A DNA stretch of 64,000 bases from Raillietiella orientalis. Its lineage: Eukaryota. The translations under genes were made by a program, and so were the position numbers. The notes beneath the pieces were generated by a model. It saw nothing but the letters and a program-made list of their open reading frames with translations. It was not told the origin of the DNA and ran no database searches. The stretch covers positions 1,674,001 through 1,738,000 of the forward strand of contig JAYWIR010000029.1 in the NCBI GenBank assembly GCA_036172245.1, given 5' to 3'. Positions 1-13,149 of this stretch are shown one piece after another. Positions within the stretch are counted from its first letter, which is position 1. Every line of letters starts with the position of its first letter.

Positions 1-3000
1 CCGGCAAACCACCCCCCGCTGTTCGACACCGGTCTGTTGCAGGCTCGGGGGAAGACCGTGCAGAGCGGCTTCCGGGAAGCGGGGAAGAACGGTGGGAAGG
101 AAGGGGAGCGGCGGTCTTTGCTTCCCCCGCATCCATTCCGCTCTTTTCTGGGAAAAGGGACGCTGTCCTCTTTCTCGCTTGGAGCCTACTCGCAGGCATC
201 GGCGGGAGCCCGTCGCCACCGAAGGCGAGAAGCCGACGGTCGAAGCAGAACCTCCCGCGAGGAGGAAGTTCAGAGTACTCTTTACCAAGGGCCTGTCGGA
301 GGAGAGGAGTCAACTGGGAAGCTCCTCAGGGATGACCTGAGGGGAACGGTGCAGGCTTTTCCTTCCCTCCACGAAAGTCCGACACCAGGGACCACTCTCT
401 GCCAGCGCGCGGGAGACACCGTCTGTAAGAACCCTCCTCTCTGCGAGCCCGTGGATGGCACCACCTAGGCAGTGGCGCCGCATGGCCGTCCCCGTCCTCC
501 GTCTCCCCTCTTAGGTTTCCTTCCCTCCTCCTTTTTTGTTTCCCCTTCGGGTGCCCCGGACCAGAGGGATGAAACCTGAGACCAGAGACCCCCGCAGGAA
601 AGCTCCCACTTTGCGCTGAACCTGGCAATCCCTGCGACACGATACGAGCATCAGGAACAAGGATCGCCTCCTGGCTTTGAGTGACGACATCAGCAGGAGC
701 GTCCCACGTCTCTAAGAGAGGGAGCAGTAGTCTCTCTCTAGAAAGGCTGGGAAGAAATGCCATGAGATCCCCAAGACGAAGGTTCCCTTGGGAACGGTCC
801 AGGCTTCCGCATCTCCCAGCGGGAGCAAGAACAGCCAGCAGGAAGAGCTATCCGCAGCGCTCTCGTTGGAGCGAGAAACCTGCGCCTGGTCTTCAAACGC
901 CCTCTGGACTGAAACTCCTCTCCTGGCTGCGCGCACGGCTCCCGGAAGGACTCCCCGGGAGCCTTCTGCAGGCTCAGAGGCCTTTCCGGTGGCACGACGT
1001 CGTAGTTGAGACGCCGAGCCCGGCGGCAGGACCCCCGGGGCAGCGGAGAGCTCCTCCCCGCCCGGTTCCTCCCAGACCCGACGAGGTGTCCTTCCGGGTT
1101 TCCGACTCCCACCCCGTTCCCCCACCCCATCGGAAGAACTTCCGAGCACGGGAGCGTCGCGAAGCCGGGGGGAACGGGGAGGAATTTCGGGAGCCCGCCC
1201 GCGAGGAGGTAGCCACGCGTCCCGCGGGACCCTTCCGAAATTCCCGCGCGCGTATTTTTAGCCCGAAGGCGCGATGCAGCCGCGCGGAGGGCGAGGCATC
1301 ACGAGATCGGGGCGATGAGGGCGCTCCTTCCCTTCCAAGCTCCTTCCCTTGCGCGATCCTCCTATAGAAATAGGAGGATCGCGCAAGAGAGACGCGTCGC
1401 AGCCATCGCTCATTGCAGAGCACGTCTCCATCGTCCCAGATGATTTATCTGCGAAAGGATGGCGCAGGTAGAGGGGCACCACCACCGGCGCAAGAAAGGG
1501 GAATTCTCGGGAGAGGGACGCGTCCGAACTGTTGCCGAAGAAGCAGAGCGAGAGGGATATGCGCGGGGCAGCACAGCAAAGCGTGGCCCCCTCCCTGTCT
1601 CTGCGACCGTCCCCACGGGGAGAGGCTAGTTGGACCCGCCCACAAGGAGGGGGGGGGGAAGGGAAGGGACCTCTTGCCGGCAGGAAGGAGGACTCCTGCC
1701 CCGATACCGGACTCCTCCCCCCTTTTGCCCTCTGCCGGGCTGCGCCAGCGCGCGCGGATCCGAAGTGGCAAGGTCACACGCCCTCCGGGGCCGTCGCGCC
1801 ACCTCGCCCGCGCCCGGATGGATGCTGAAGAGGACTTTCCCTGCCTCCTCGTTTCCGCGTCGCGGAGGGAACTCGAGAGAGGGAAGGGGAGGAGCAGGGG
1901 AAAGGGGGTCATGTGATGGGGAAGGAGGGGAGCACTATCCTGAGGGGGGCGCGGCACCTGCGGTCAGCCCTTTCCGCTCTGGTGTATCCGAAAGAGCACG
2001 GTCTTCCATGAGTCATCCCCGTCAAAATCCGAGCACCTCCTTTCACCCTCCTCCCCGCTCCCCGCGAATTTTTTTTTTTTTTTCTCTGCTGTTCCCGTTT
2101 TTTGCTTTTGTTTCAGCCCCCACGAAGATACCAGCCGCCACGTGAGCGCTTACGCCACCGCCCGTATCCACGGCGCCAGGGGCGCGGCGAGCTGCCTGAA
2201 GCTGTACCCTGGGTGCCCCGTCTCTCTGGAGAGTCTGGGAAGGAACGTCACAGTCGAGCACCTGGAGCGGCAGTATTCCGACTTCGAGTGAGGAGGCCCC
2301 GAGATGTAAGGTCCCTCGGGAATGGCCCAGACTTCCCCGTCTCCCTGCGCGGAAGGCCGGCACCCCGGGACCACTCTTTCCGCACGGGAGGGGCTACCTG
2401 GAGGAACCCTCCATTCCGTCGGCTCACTGGGACGTCACCGCTCGGGTTGCGATGGCAGCTGCATGTCAGAGGGTTCTCCCCCCTCCCCCCCCCCTTTGGT
2501 TTCCTTTCCTCCTCCCCTTTTGCCTCCCCCTCTCCTCTTCCTCCCTTCAGGAGCTCCGGCTCGGCGGCTCCTCTCAGTGTCAAGAAGCAAAAGGGAGGCG
2601 GAGGGGAGAGGAAGACGTACGCGCGTGCGCACGCAGTTGCGCTCATCAGAAATCAGCACACGCGCAAAAAGAGGGCGACAAAGGGGAGCCTTTCCCTTCT
2701 TTGCCCAACTGACTGGTGGGGCTTTCGTGGTACCCGAAAGGTTACACGAACCCTTGCCGAGTGGACTCCATCTCAAGAACACTTTTTTTGTTCACTGGAA
2801 GAAAACAACAACAGCAACATGGCGATAGGGAGGAGAGGGAGTGGGGGCAACCTGCGCGCGACAGGTTTCGCCTGCGGCGTGTCTGCTCGCCGCCCGCCTC
2901 TGCCCTTCCCCCCTTCCCAACAGGCGGAGGGAAGCTGTCTGTGGCTGCAGGAGGCTGGAGGAACGCGGACGCGCGCCGAAGCACCACCGACGCCAGCGCG

Positions 3001-6000
3001 GGACGCGGCCCCACAGGTGACCTGGGCTCTCCTGAGACCCGTCTTCCTCCCTCCCTCGGAGTGGCATACCGACGATTCCGCCACCTCCGCCTGGTTCGGG
3101 GGGGAGGTTTTGAAGATCCCCGCATGGGAGGGAGGTCCCCTGCCGCCGCCCGCCGCGCGGAGGACTCCTCGCCTTTTCGAACCCCAGGGAGGCAGATGAG
3201 ACGGTTTCCCGGGGAGGACGACTGGCGGCTGCCCCGCGGAACACGGGAAAGAGGGACAGCGAGAGAGCAACATGCATAGAGAAGGAGCGCGGGCGAAGCC
3301 CAAGAAGGGGTTGTGCCGCCCTACGTCGAGGTTTTGGAAACTAGGAGAGTAGAGAGCGAGCTGCCGGGGGAGTGGCGCAGGACAAAGGCGGGAAGAACCT
3401 GAGGACTTCGTCTGAGCATCGGAAGACGGCATCTGAGGACAGAGACGTCCTTCTTCCTGTCCGTGGCTCGAGAGAGCTCGCCCGCTTCCCCTCATGCGAG
3501 TGCATATACCTCTCGAACGCATGTCATAACGCCACGAACTGGTGCCTGTCCCAAAGAAGTGCAAGAAAGCAACTGGTGGTGTCCTCAGTCGTGTTTCCCA
3601 CGTTGCTGCTGCCGTACCTCTCGTCTGCACTTCCTCTTTTCGCTGGGAATGTTGATTGTAACTTCTTCCCCTCCTCCCTCCCCTTTCCTTTCATTCGTCT
3701 TTTTTTTTTTGTCCCGCTGGAACCACCTGCAGCGAAGAAAGCACTACCCTGGATGCAAGGCACATTCTGGAAACTAGAAAGGACGATTCTTGGGCATCAC
3801 AGGGGGCGGTGGTTTGCTTATCCTTAAAACGGCAGCCTGGTGAAACCTCCTCCTCTCGGGAGCACTTCCTGAGGATCTACCAGGGCGCATCGGAATTTCT
3901 TCACACACACTCCTCATGGGAAAGCAGCACTCCGATCAGGACGCCAGACTCATATTGATTTTAGACCCCAAATTAGTCTTTCGTGAAAAGTGCCCCAGCC
4001 TCCCGAACGTTGTAGAATGAGGGATGAGAAGAAAGGGAAGAGGGGCGAATCAGCCACGAATCAAGAACGCTCAGTAAACCGCTGCTCCTTCGAGAGGCGG
4101 AGGAACGGACTCGACTCGGATGTTTCCTCCAGATGAAGTTTCCTGGGACCCTGAAATACGGCTGGAGATTCGGCTCAACGAGTGCAGCCAGCGCTCCACA
4201 AAGGATTGCGTAAGGCCAATAGCCAGGAAGTAAAATTGAGTTTCCCATGGCGGTTCGAATCTGTCGCTGGGGACCTTGAATCTATCCTGCTTTGCCAAAC
4301 CAAAATCTAAATTCAGTGTGAAGGAAGGAAATGTAAATCAGTTCTCAAGATGCGACTTCAAGAAGTCATCTTCGAATTCGGAAGAGCAAAACAAGGTCAT
4401 GGAAGCTATGCAGCTGCTTAACGCATGGATCGAGGAGGAACCCAAGTCCGTTTGTCTGTGAAGGTCAATGGCTAAAGTAAGTGTAAAAGTGTTTCAAGTC
4501 CGATCCGCATGGGATCCTTTGCATAGGACCAAAACTCAAGCACGGAAAGCCATGAATGATTCTGCGTGTTTCTAGGCACAAATCTTACAAACTAAATAGT
4601 TACAATGATCATTAGGACAATAGTAACTATTCTTTAATGAAGGTTATGACCAAAAAACATCCCTTGAGAACACAATACCACTGCAATGCACAACTAGGTC
4701 TGTCAGAAAGCGGCTCTTGATTTACGTCATCTCGTTTACGCCGAGGACGCCTTGTTTCGTTTTCCCAGAACACACGTGCTGCATTAACTCGACGACCTCC
4801 TGCGGCCCACTGACCACCTCTGTTAAGGGAAGCCTCGTTTCAGGCACAGAAATTATGACGATATGAGAATAGGAACATGAATGAAAAAATGAAATATGAA
4901 CGCCAACGAAGTGTGGTTCTCACGTTCGAAAGAAGCAGATGCTCAGATGTGAGCCACGACATCTATCCCCGGTTTGCTACACCAAATCGAAGTAGTTACC
5001 AGATATCCTCCTGCAACCGGCAGAAGGAAAAGCTTTTCAGCAAATAAACGGAAGGTGTAATTTCGGAAAGTCCAAATTAAATTTTCAAATTGTGATCAAA
5101 ACCATTCATCTCTTGTTATCCGGCCATGTATAATGCATAGAAATTGATAATTGGTCTGAATTCGGGAAAGAAAAAAAAACATACCGATGAGGTATTCATT
5201 AAAGAATATCTTGCATTAAGGCACTTTGGCATTTAAAGCAACTTTACATGGCCGTGTCTTACGAGAAGGCAAAACACTACAAAATCAAACGAATGATCAG
5301 TTTTGTCAACTCTCACATTGATGTAGGATGGACAATTTACTAAACCGTGTAATAATGTACTATCCGCCACAGAAATATCATCTATGATCTTTAAATTTGA
5401 CATCCAAAAAAAGCTGAAGAAAGTTTTGCTGCTTCCTTTATCTGTTTCATTTTTTATAATTAGAATACTTTAATTTGAAATGTCTTATGCAATTATTTTG
5501 ATGTCTAAGACTGAGATGAGCCAAAACTAAGTAATTCTTCTATATGAACATAAATATCTCAAACCCATATATTTCGAGATACCAGTAGGTACCCGAGAGC
5601 AAATGTTCCATAGCATATTAACTGACGATCCTCCACGCCTGTCTCCTTACTCGAGATCCCTTCCAAAGTAAACAGCTGAAAATTAAAACAAGATTGACGT
5701 ACGAATTTTACGATACAACAAAAGCTTCCTCCTTTTCAAAATGCAATGCTTACGATCACTATTCATTAAGAACCAAGTGAAGTATATACTGAATACTGCT
5801 TCCATGATAGCATCTCTTGGTTACAGAAGTCGCAAATCTTAAAATAGATGTATGGATTCAACGTGCATGAAAAGATTGTACTGCATATAGTTCGTTGCTA
5901 TTTCTTTATTTACACTAAAAGATTTCTGCACGTTACGACTGATGAGATTTTCGCATGCTACCATTAAGTTGTACCACTGTGCATTCCGAAACAGTGGAAA

Positions 6001-7195
6001 TTACCTCTGAAACTACTTAGCTACTTTCTTTATGGTTGCCAAAATGGCTTTCAACAAATAAAACGCCTTTCTAAAAAAAATAAAAGGCTCGTTTTCTGCT
6101 TTCTTTTATTTTTAGTTTCTCATGATCTCATGACTTTGTAAAAAAAAAAAAAAAAAAAATCTCTAGGCAAAGGAAGAACTTTTTGGCAACAGCCTAGAGA
6201 AGATGCTTGCATCCTAATATGCCTGGATGCAATACACTTCATAATCGTCAATAACTTTTACCAGGCGGCAAAACACCAGACACTGCAAACTAATGAACCA
6301 CATTTCTTCGGACAAAGCCATCTTGGGGCAAATGTAACGGAAGCACGGAACTGGATCAGATCCACAGATCATAGCACAGAGACTTTAATAACATCAACAA
6401 CAACAACATTCCTAACCACAATCATGCATTAATGCCATTAGGTTGCCCTGAGCCATATTAACAGAATTAACCAAAGACACTCTTACTGAATTTCTCTCCC
6501 ATCTTTTGTTTCCATCTAAGACACATTTTGTGAAGCTCTGAAGGATCTAACTTCTGTTGCACTTGGCCCCACAAACATCCGGACCTGGACACAGGCATGC
6601 AACACATGTAATAGAAACCCTAACCATGCAGCAAACTTTGCAACCTATTCAACTAACCTGAGATTTTCATTCATGTTTAATAGGTTATCGTTCAAAAAAT
6701 TTGCACTCCCTAAGCAGATTCCTGAATAATAAATAGAAAGCAAAAGCTACAAAAAACATGCAAAAATGCAAGAAAACTACTAGAAACAATGGCGTGCATT
6801 TTTCAATTCTGCCTTTAGCTGCCGAACAATAATCATCGATCACCAAGAAACACCACTTTTGTGAATGAAAAAAGTTGCTAAACAGGGAAGAACGACACCA
6901 CCACAGAGCTACTTATAAAGCAAACACCATTCTATTGGAACAGAATTGCAGTCAGTTGTTAATGCAGCAACCTCAAGAGTTATTTAACCCAAAAGGATCT
7001 TGAAATAACGAACCTTTTCCATTTGGATTCAAATATATGTTCACATGTACATCCAATTCAGATACATTTCAATTTCAAATTCAGATATATTTTGTTCAGG
7101 AGGCAGGCCTCCAAGGAAATCCATTTTCCTCACCATGCAGGTACTCCAAACAAGGACCAAGTTCTCTGTATTGCTCGCTGTTTATTTTCGATTTT

Positions 7196-10100
7196 TCATC
7201 GTTTTCGTTCCCTCTTTGTCACCTTCCCTTGATTGTTCTTGTTGAACTTTGGCCCTCTTGAACAAAATAAACATTGAATACACTGAAGAAAAGTAGACAT
7301 TCAAAAAGATAAGCAAAGATGAACCACCATTAACTAACTGGAAATATCAGCAAATCTTTTGTTTTCCCCAAATTTAAATTTAAAGAAACAAATGCAAAGA
7401 AGGAATGTAGATATTACAAAAATGGACTCCCTGCCCATTACTTACAAATATCGAAATCGTTTGACAGCCTGCCTGCTGGTGTCGGTCAACTCTTCTGCAA
7501 ATGAAGACTTGTGTTTTTGCTTTTTCCCTGAAAAACAATCAACTCTGGATTCTACACAGCCAACCATACTCTTTGGTAGAGAAATGGAAGTATTCTCCTT
7601 GACAGCATTCAGTCTTCCATGCTTCCTGTGTCTCTTGGCTGCACGAGCCTGGTATTGAGCAACCTTTTGCATCTCAAAAAATACTCGTTCCTCTGCTGTG
7701 TCCATTTTCATTTTTGTTTTTTTCTTGCTGGGAGCAGATAGTGCCAAGGATTCTTAAAAAAAGCTGAGGACCTCCAACTCTAAGCTTGTCCTTACTCTTT
7801 TCTTGCATCCTTTGTTTCCTAGTTTGGAACCATGTGCGCAGAGGTTGCTGTTGCTGTTGTTTTTCTTCTTTCTTCTTCAACAGCTTTTGTGTTTTATTGG
7901 CACGAGCTTCTGTTTTCTTAAGTTCACGTTCCTCCCTCTCTTGCAGGAGGAAAGCTTCAACATCTTTTTGAACTTCCTGAAGACGCTGCTCAACTTTCTG
8001 TAGAACTTCAGAAGAAATAATGCGGCATTTAACAGGACGAACGGTATGTCGAATGATAGCTTTAAGTAAATGCCTCTCTGATTCGCCAACTAAAGATACA
8101 GATCGCCCACAACGACCTGCTCTTGCTGTTCTGCCTACCCGATGCACATATTGCTGCATAGTGGCTGGCAAAGTGAAATTGATTACCTGAGAAAACTTTC
8201 GAAATCGTAAGAAAAATTATGATCTTACTGTTTTGACCCCTGGGATATCAAGTCCACGTGCAGCAACATCTGTAGCCAGCAATACAGATACATCTTGCTC
8301 TTTGAAGCGACGCAATGACTCAAGTCTTTGTGCCTGACTTAAATTGCCATGCAATTCTGCCACCTATCACAACAATCAGTTGGTTCACTTGCTTTGATCA
8401 GCATACCTTCAAACCTAATATTCCAAGCAACACATGCATTCGATGGGCATGCACTTTGGTCTGTAGGAACACCAGCGTACTCTCTTTGAAGGAACGAGTC
8501 AACAAAGAAACTAATATAGCCTCACGGTCACCTTCTCTATTTTTCCGGATTCTATCAATTCCAATTAACTCCTACGGAAAATGGGAACCTTGGTTTCCTT
8601 ACTTGACGAATTCTTGTTGAAGATTGCTGGCTACATCAGTATTGTTGTTCACAAAAACACGAACTGGATTGTTCAGAGAAACTGCAGCTAAATCCTTGAC
8701 CTCATCAGTCATTGTGGCTGAAAAAAGCATGGTTTGCCGTTTGAAGCTACACTGTCTGATGATCTCTTTCATCTGTTCGGCAAAATACTCATCTAGCATT
8801 CTAACACTTTAATGAAGACAATAAAATGTATGCTCTAGTACCTATCAGCCTCATCAAGAATCAGCACTTCAATTGCATCTAGGCTGAAGGAAGGAGTATT
8901 TTGGAGGTGATCAATTAAACGTCCAGGGGTTGCTATGACTACATCAGGTGTTTGACGGAGGGCAACTTCCTTTATAGCAAACCAGAATGCACTGTCTTAG
9001 AACTGAACACTTACCTGGGCCTTGACATCTAACCCACCTACTGACAGAGCAATCTGCACTGTTGTAAACTGTGCCAACTGCTTAGAAACCTGATACACTT
9101 GCACTCCAAGTTCTCGGGTAGGAACCAGGACAAGTACACGGGTTACTGGAGTCTTCACAAGAGCCTCAGCTACATAATTCATCAATGTCCAACCTGTTTG
9201 GGGCGGAAGAGAAGCCTTTCCAGCACTGGTAACATGAAAGCTGCTGTCTTTCCTGTCCCTGTGGCAGCACATCCACAAATATCTCTACCTAGTAAAGCTA
9301 CTGGAATGGTTGCAGCTTGGATGCTGGTGGGTACCAAAAAATTCATACTTGTAACTGCCTACAGAATATGTGTGATAACCAACCAAAGATCTGTTAGACC
9401 TTGAGCAATGGACGAGAAAGGTTCATTTCTTGGAAACTCCGCACATCACCAGAAGCAAATGGTTCTTCAAAGAACTCTTTGTTGGCTATCTTTGATTTCT
9501 TTTTCGACTTTGTTACAACTTGCAATGTATCCTCAACATCTATTGAAAAATTGGCCCAAATCAAAATGGAAGTCAAAATGGAATCCAAAACACCCATTTT
9601 AGCAAATAGAATGAAGCTTTCTTCTAATTAAACCAGTTTATCCAACAATTAAAAAGTCCTCGATAGAAAATGAAAAACAGCTCCTCATACTCGAGTTGTT
9701 TCTCACAAAACAAAAATGCAACTATTCGATTACCGAAAGCAAAAACAGAACAATCACTTAATGCTTTTGCTCTGAGTAAATTACCATATCCTTCTTTCAT
9801 AATTTCCATTTAGTTATACTCTGAATGCACTAAAGTTCTAAGGCTAATATGCATATTTGATTCCAATACACCTACCTTTGGGGATAGCAACAACATCTTG
9901 AGGACCTCCTGCAAGTGAATCTTCCAATTCCGAGACACTAGCATCCTAATAAGATAATGTCTGATTTGTTTTACATAACTCATTTCTATAAAAACAAGTT
10001 TGTTACTTTACAATCACAAATCCCAAACAAAACATTCTTAGTCTAATCACAAAACATTTGAATCAGTGATAAGCAAAAATACAAAGCCACATCAGGTAAA

Positions 10101-11187
10101 ATGGCAACTAAACAATAACTGTTTTTGAAATCATCTGATTCTAGTTTTCAATATACTAATATAAACTACACATTGGAGAAAACATAGTCACCATGAATTT
10201 TTCTGAACGAAACTTCGAGATTTTATCTTCCAATGCTGTTGATGCTTTTCTCTTTAAGTATTTTTGTAGGTCATTCCATGTATCAACATGACATTCTGTT
10301 GCAAAATCAGTTGAATCAAAAACGATCTAAAACAAAAAATGAAAGCATAAGATTTCAAAATATTGGAATATAAGTTACAGTAATGCATTTTTTCTAGTCC
10401 CCTTCTCTAATTATCCATGTATGCCTTGATACTCATCAACCAAACATGGTGTGAAAATATAGACTAAGGCTTCAATAACTAAAGTCATATGTTGAACACA
10501 AAAATTCAAAAACCAATTTAGGCAAAAAAACAATTAATGAACAGTAAATATAAATGTGAATTTCCTGCATATATTCTTCCCTATGAGTTAAACTAGTGCC
10601 AATTCTTTTCATCACATTTGATGCAAAATATTACACTATGCATGAAATAAGCACACAATCAATGCAATAATAATAAACGAACCTACGTAAAATGTTAAGG
10701 ATATTAGACAAAATTCAAATGAGAGGCCGAATGCAGTTAGATTTTAGTTTAGGCATGAAGTAGCTCTATTTTTAAACTTAGAAGGGGATATTAAATTGGT
10801 CTACATTTAAATATATGTGCCCATGAAATTTTATTCACCCATTTTGTGATCTGATAATCGAATGAAATAATCAATTTAGTAAACTGGGCTCTTTAAAAGA
10901 TCACTTATTACCCAAACTTCCCAAAATCATATTGCATAGTCACTGGAGAAATGTTTCAAAAAGAACACAAAAGAAACATGATGGAAACAGCAGTACAGTG
11001 AAATTAAGTACAGAATTACGGCAAGAAAAATGGCCACCTGACTTAATGCAAATGCATCATTTATTTATTTATTTATACTTCATAAATACGTAATGATTAC
11101 TTTTTCATCATTTCCTTCATCAGTATCTTCGTCCTCAGTTGCAGCAGACTCCGGTACAGTCCTAATAATATCAGGTTTGTAATTCAT
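7196..11187 (-). CDS. DDX27: DEAD-box RNA helicase DDX27/Drs1 (60S biogenesis), 13 exons
   Basis: Spliced reading gives Q motif ([14 protein letters not shown]), [57 protein letters not shown] and a DDX27-type C-terminus ([21 protein letters not shown]). Exons: 11187-11101, 10326-10192, 9945-9876, 9539-9400, 9358-9194, 9152-9015, 8969-8842, 8800-8603, 8551-8407, 8363-8229, 8186-7796, 7752-7446, 7256-7196; all GT-AG and in phase. The first three exons are less certain. Confidence 0.93.
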
Positions 11188-13149
11188 TTTAATTACACGC
11201 TAGCGATTCATACAACAAAAATAATAACTTTTGGATAAGAGCTTTAGAGGTTTTACGTTTCCACCGATGCCCTCCGAGCACGTTTGCCGTTCACACCTGG
11301 TTCAGGCAGGCACTGTTCAGCAGGCTTACCACTGGAACAGCAGCAAGGAAAATTTAGAGCACCATGCGGTTGGAACGCTTTGTTAGCTCATAACTTAAGC
11401 CAAGCCTCTAGTCTGAAATTTTCGATTTCCCCATGACCTTAAATGTGAATTAAACCAATTCAGGAATTCGTTTAAGGAAACTTTAGCTTCAACTGCAACT
11501 GTGACTAGTTTCTGAAGATTCTCTTGAAATCACCCGAATCTTTCGAAATACAAGTGTCACAATTTATGTCGACAGTTATGTCTCTCACGAAAAAAAGAAA
11601 GCTCAAGTTATTAGAAACAAACAGAAAAGTAAGTTCGACATATTGTTTGGATTCAAATATCCTAAATAAGAAGAGATAGAGAATTCTTCTCAGTGTGAAT
11701 TCAGATATTAACCTAAGAAAAATGTTCAAGTTACTCAATGGTATACCAGTTCATACAGTTATTAAATACAGATAAATACCTTTAAATTATCAGAAAAGAT
11801 CAGTTTTATAAAAATAATCCACAGGCAGCTTTTTAATAAATTGTCCTTGGATAAAAAACATTTTATCTGGAGAACACCAATACCTTCTCGATACATTAGG
11901 AAAGAAAGAAAAATCTAATTGGATGGTTTGTGCAATTCATCCTTACGAAAACTCATGAACTTCAAAAGGCAATGCAGATTTTTAAATGATGAATTAAATG
12001 ACAATTCTCAAATAAAACAATTTCCCTCTAGGATGAACACAAAAACAAACCAAGCAATGACGAGCCATCAAAGAACTTTAAAACTGTAAAGAGTTTTCAC
12101 AGAAGAGAATCGCATCAAAAAAATAGAACGGATAAGATGCTATTTTAAACAAAAAAATAATCTTATATTATGTGAAAAAAGAATTTTTTTGCTACATTTT
12201 ATTTAAGGAATAAACTTTCTGATCGACATGAAAAATACGAAGTCACGAAAATGAGGACTTGCATCTTTTTCAGTAAAAACAATTGCAAATACACACATGT
12301 AATAGCAAAAATCGACTTTGAGCTCACCAATGAAAAAGTTTAAATAACGTTACAAACACTTTCAGTTATGAGTTCTGAGACGGACAAACACAGAAATCTG
12401 TTTATTTGGAATCCACCAAATTCGACTAAATTTTTGTACACTCTGCTAATCAAGAGATGAGAAATCTAATGTGCAACTTGATATTTTAAAGATATTTTAA
12501 AGATGGGTTTGAATTTCCTAAATCAGTGTTGTCGAATTACGTCTATTTTTCTTTTCTTCCTCATTATCTTATTTAATACGTCCCTCTAACCATGGTTCTT
12601 GAAACTAACAGAATTACTTTATGATAAGACGAGAAAAAGTTGAGTCGAACCATCAATTTTCAATTATCCTTCAAGTAATTATGAGGTTGATATTCTTAAG
12701 CACAGTTATTCAAGTCGATTTTCATTAAAAACCAGATATTTGATGAATAAAAACATGCGCTTTGTAGAAAAGAATATAGAGTTCTAAATCAGGTCATGCA
12801 TACAATATTCAGTATTCATTCTTGCTTATCTGTTTTAAATATTCGAATCTAGGAATCGCAGAGGAGACAGCAAAATTACAGGCTAACTCAGATTGGACTC
12901 GTGTCAATCGACTTCAACTCCAAGCGCTGTCTAATGCGGAAAATAACGGGCTTACTGATGAAACTTAACTCTGTATGTTCAATGTTTTCCTTTAGAATTC
13001 TTAAAAACTATTTAAAACAATTCACTTCTCACGATGAGGACTCGTCAAATACTTTGACAAAAACCTATCCTAAAAACACCTATCTTGAAAAAGAAGTACA
13101 ATAAAAGTATTTTTTTATCCACTGAACCATTTCGGGAACACTATTCGGG

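Noticed and set aside
380..720. Cys-containing stretch loosely resembling a Spaetzle domain (CAEPGNPC, RLLAL)
   Set aside because: Motifs fall in different frames and the terminal CCxC is missing.
37..3827. Many overlapping long ORFs on both strands
   Set aside because: Expected in GC-rich DNA with few stop codons; R/G/P/S-rich translations with no recognisable domain.
4245..4275. tRNA T-arm-like GGTTCGAATC
   Set aside because: No convincing A box, D arm or anticodon arm upstream.
6340..6730. Possible minus-strand exons just downstream of DDX27 with plausible GT-AG borders
   Set aside because: No recognisable protein and no credible start; may be UTR. Needs RNA evidence.
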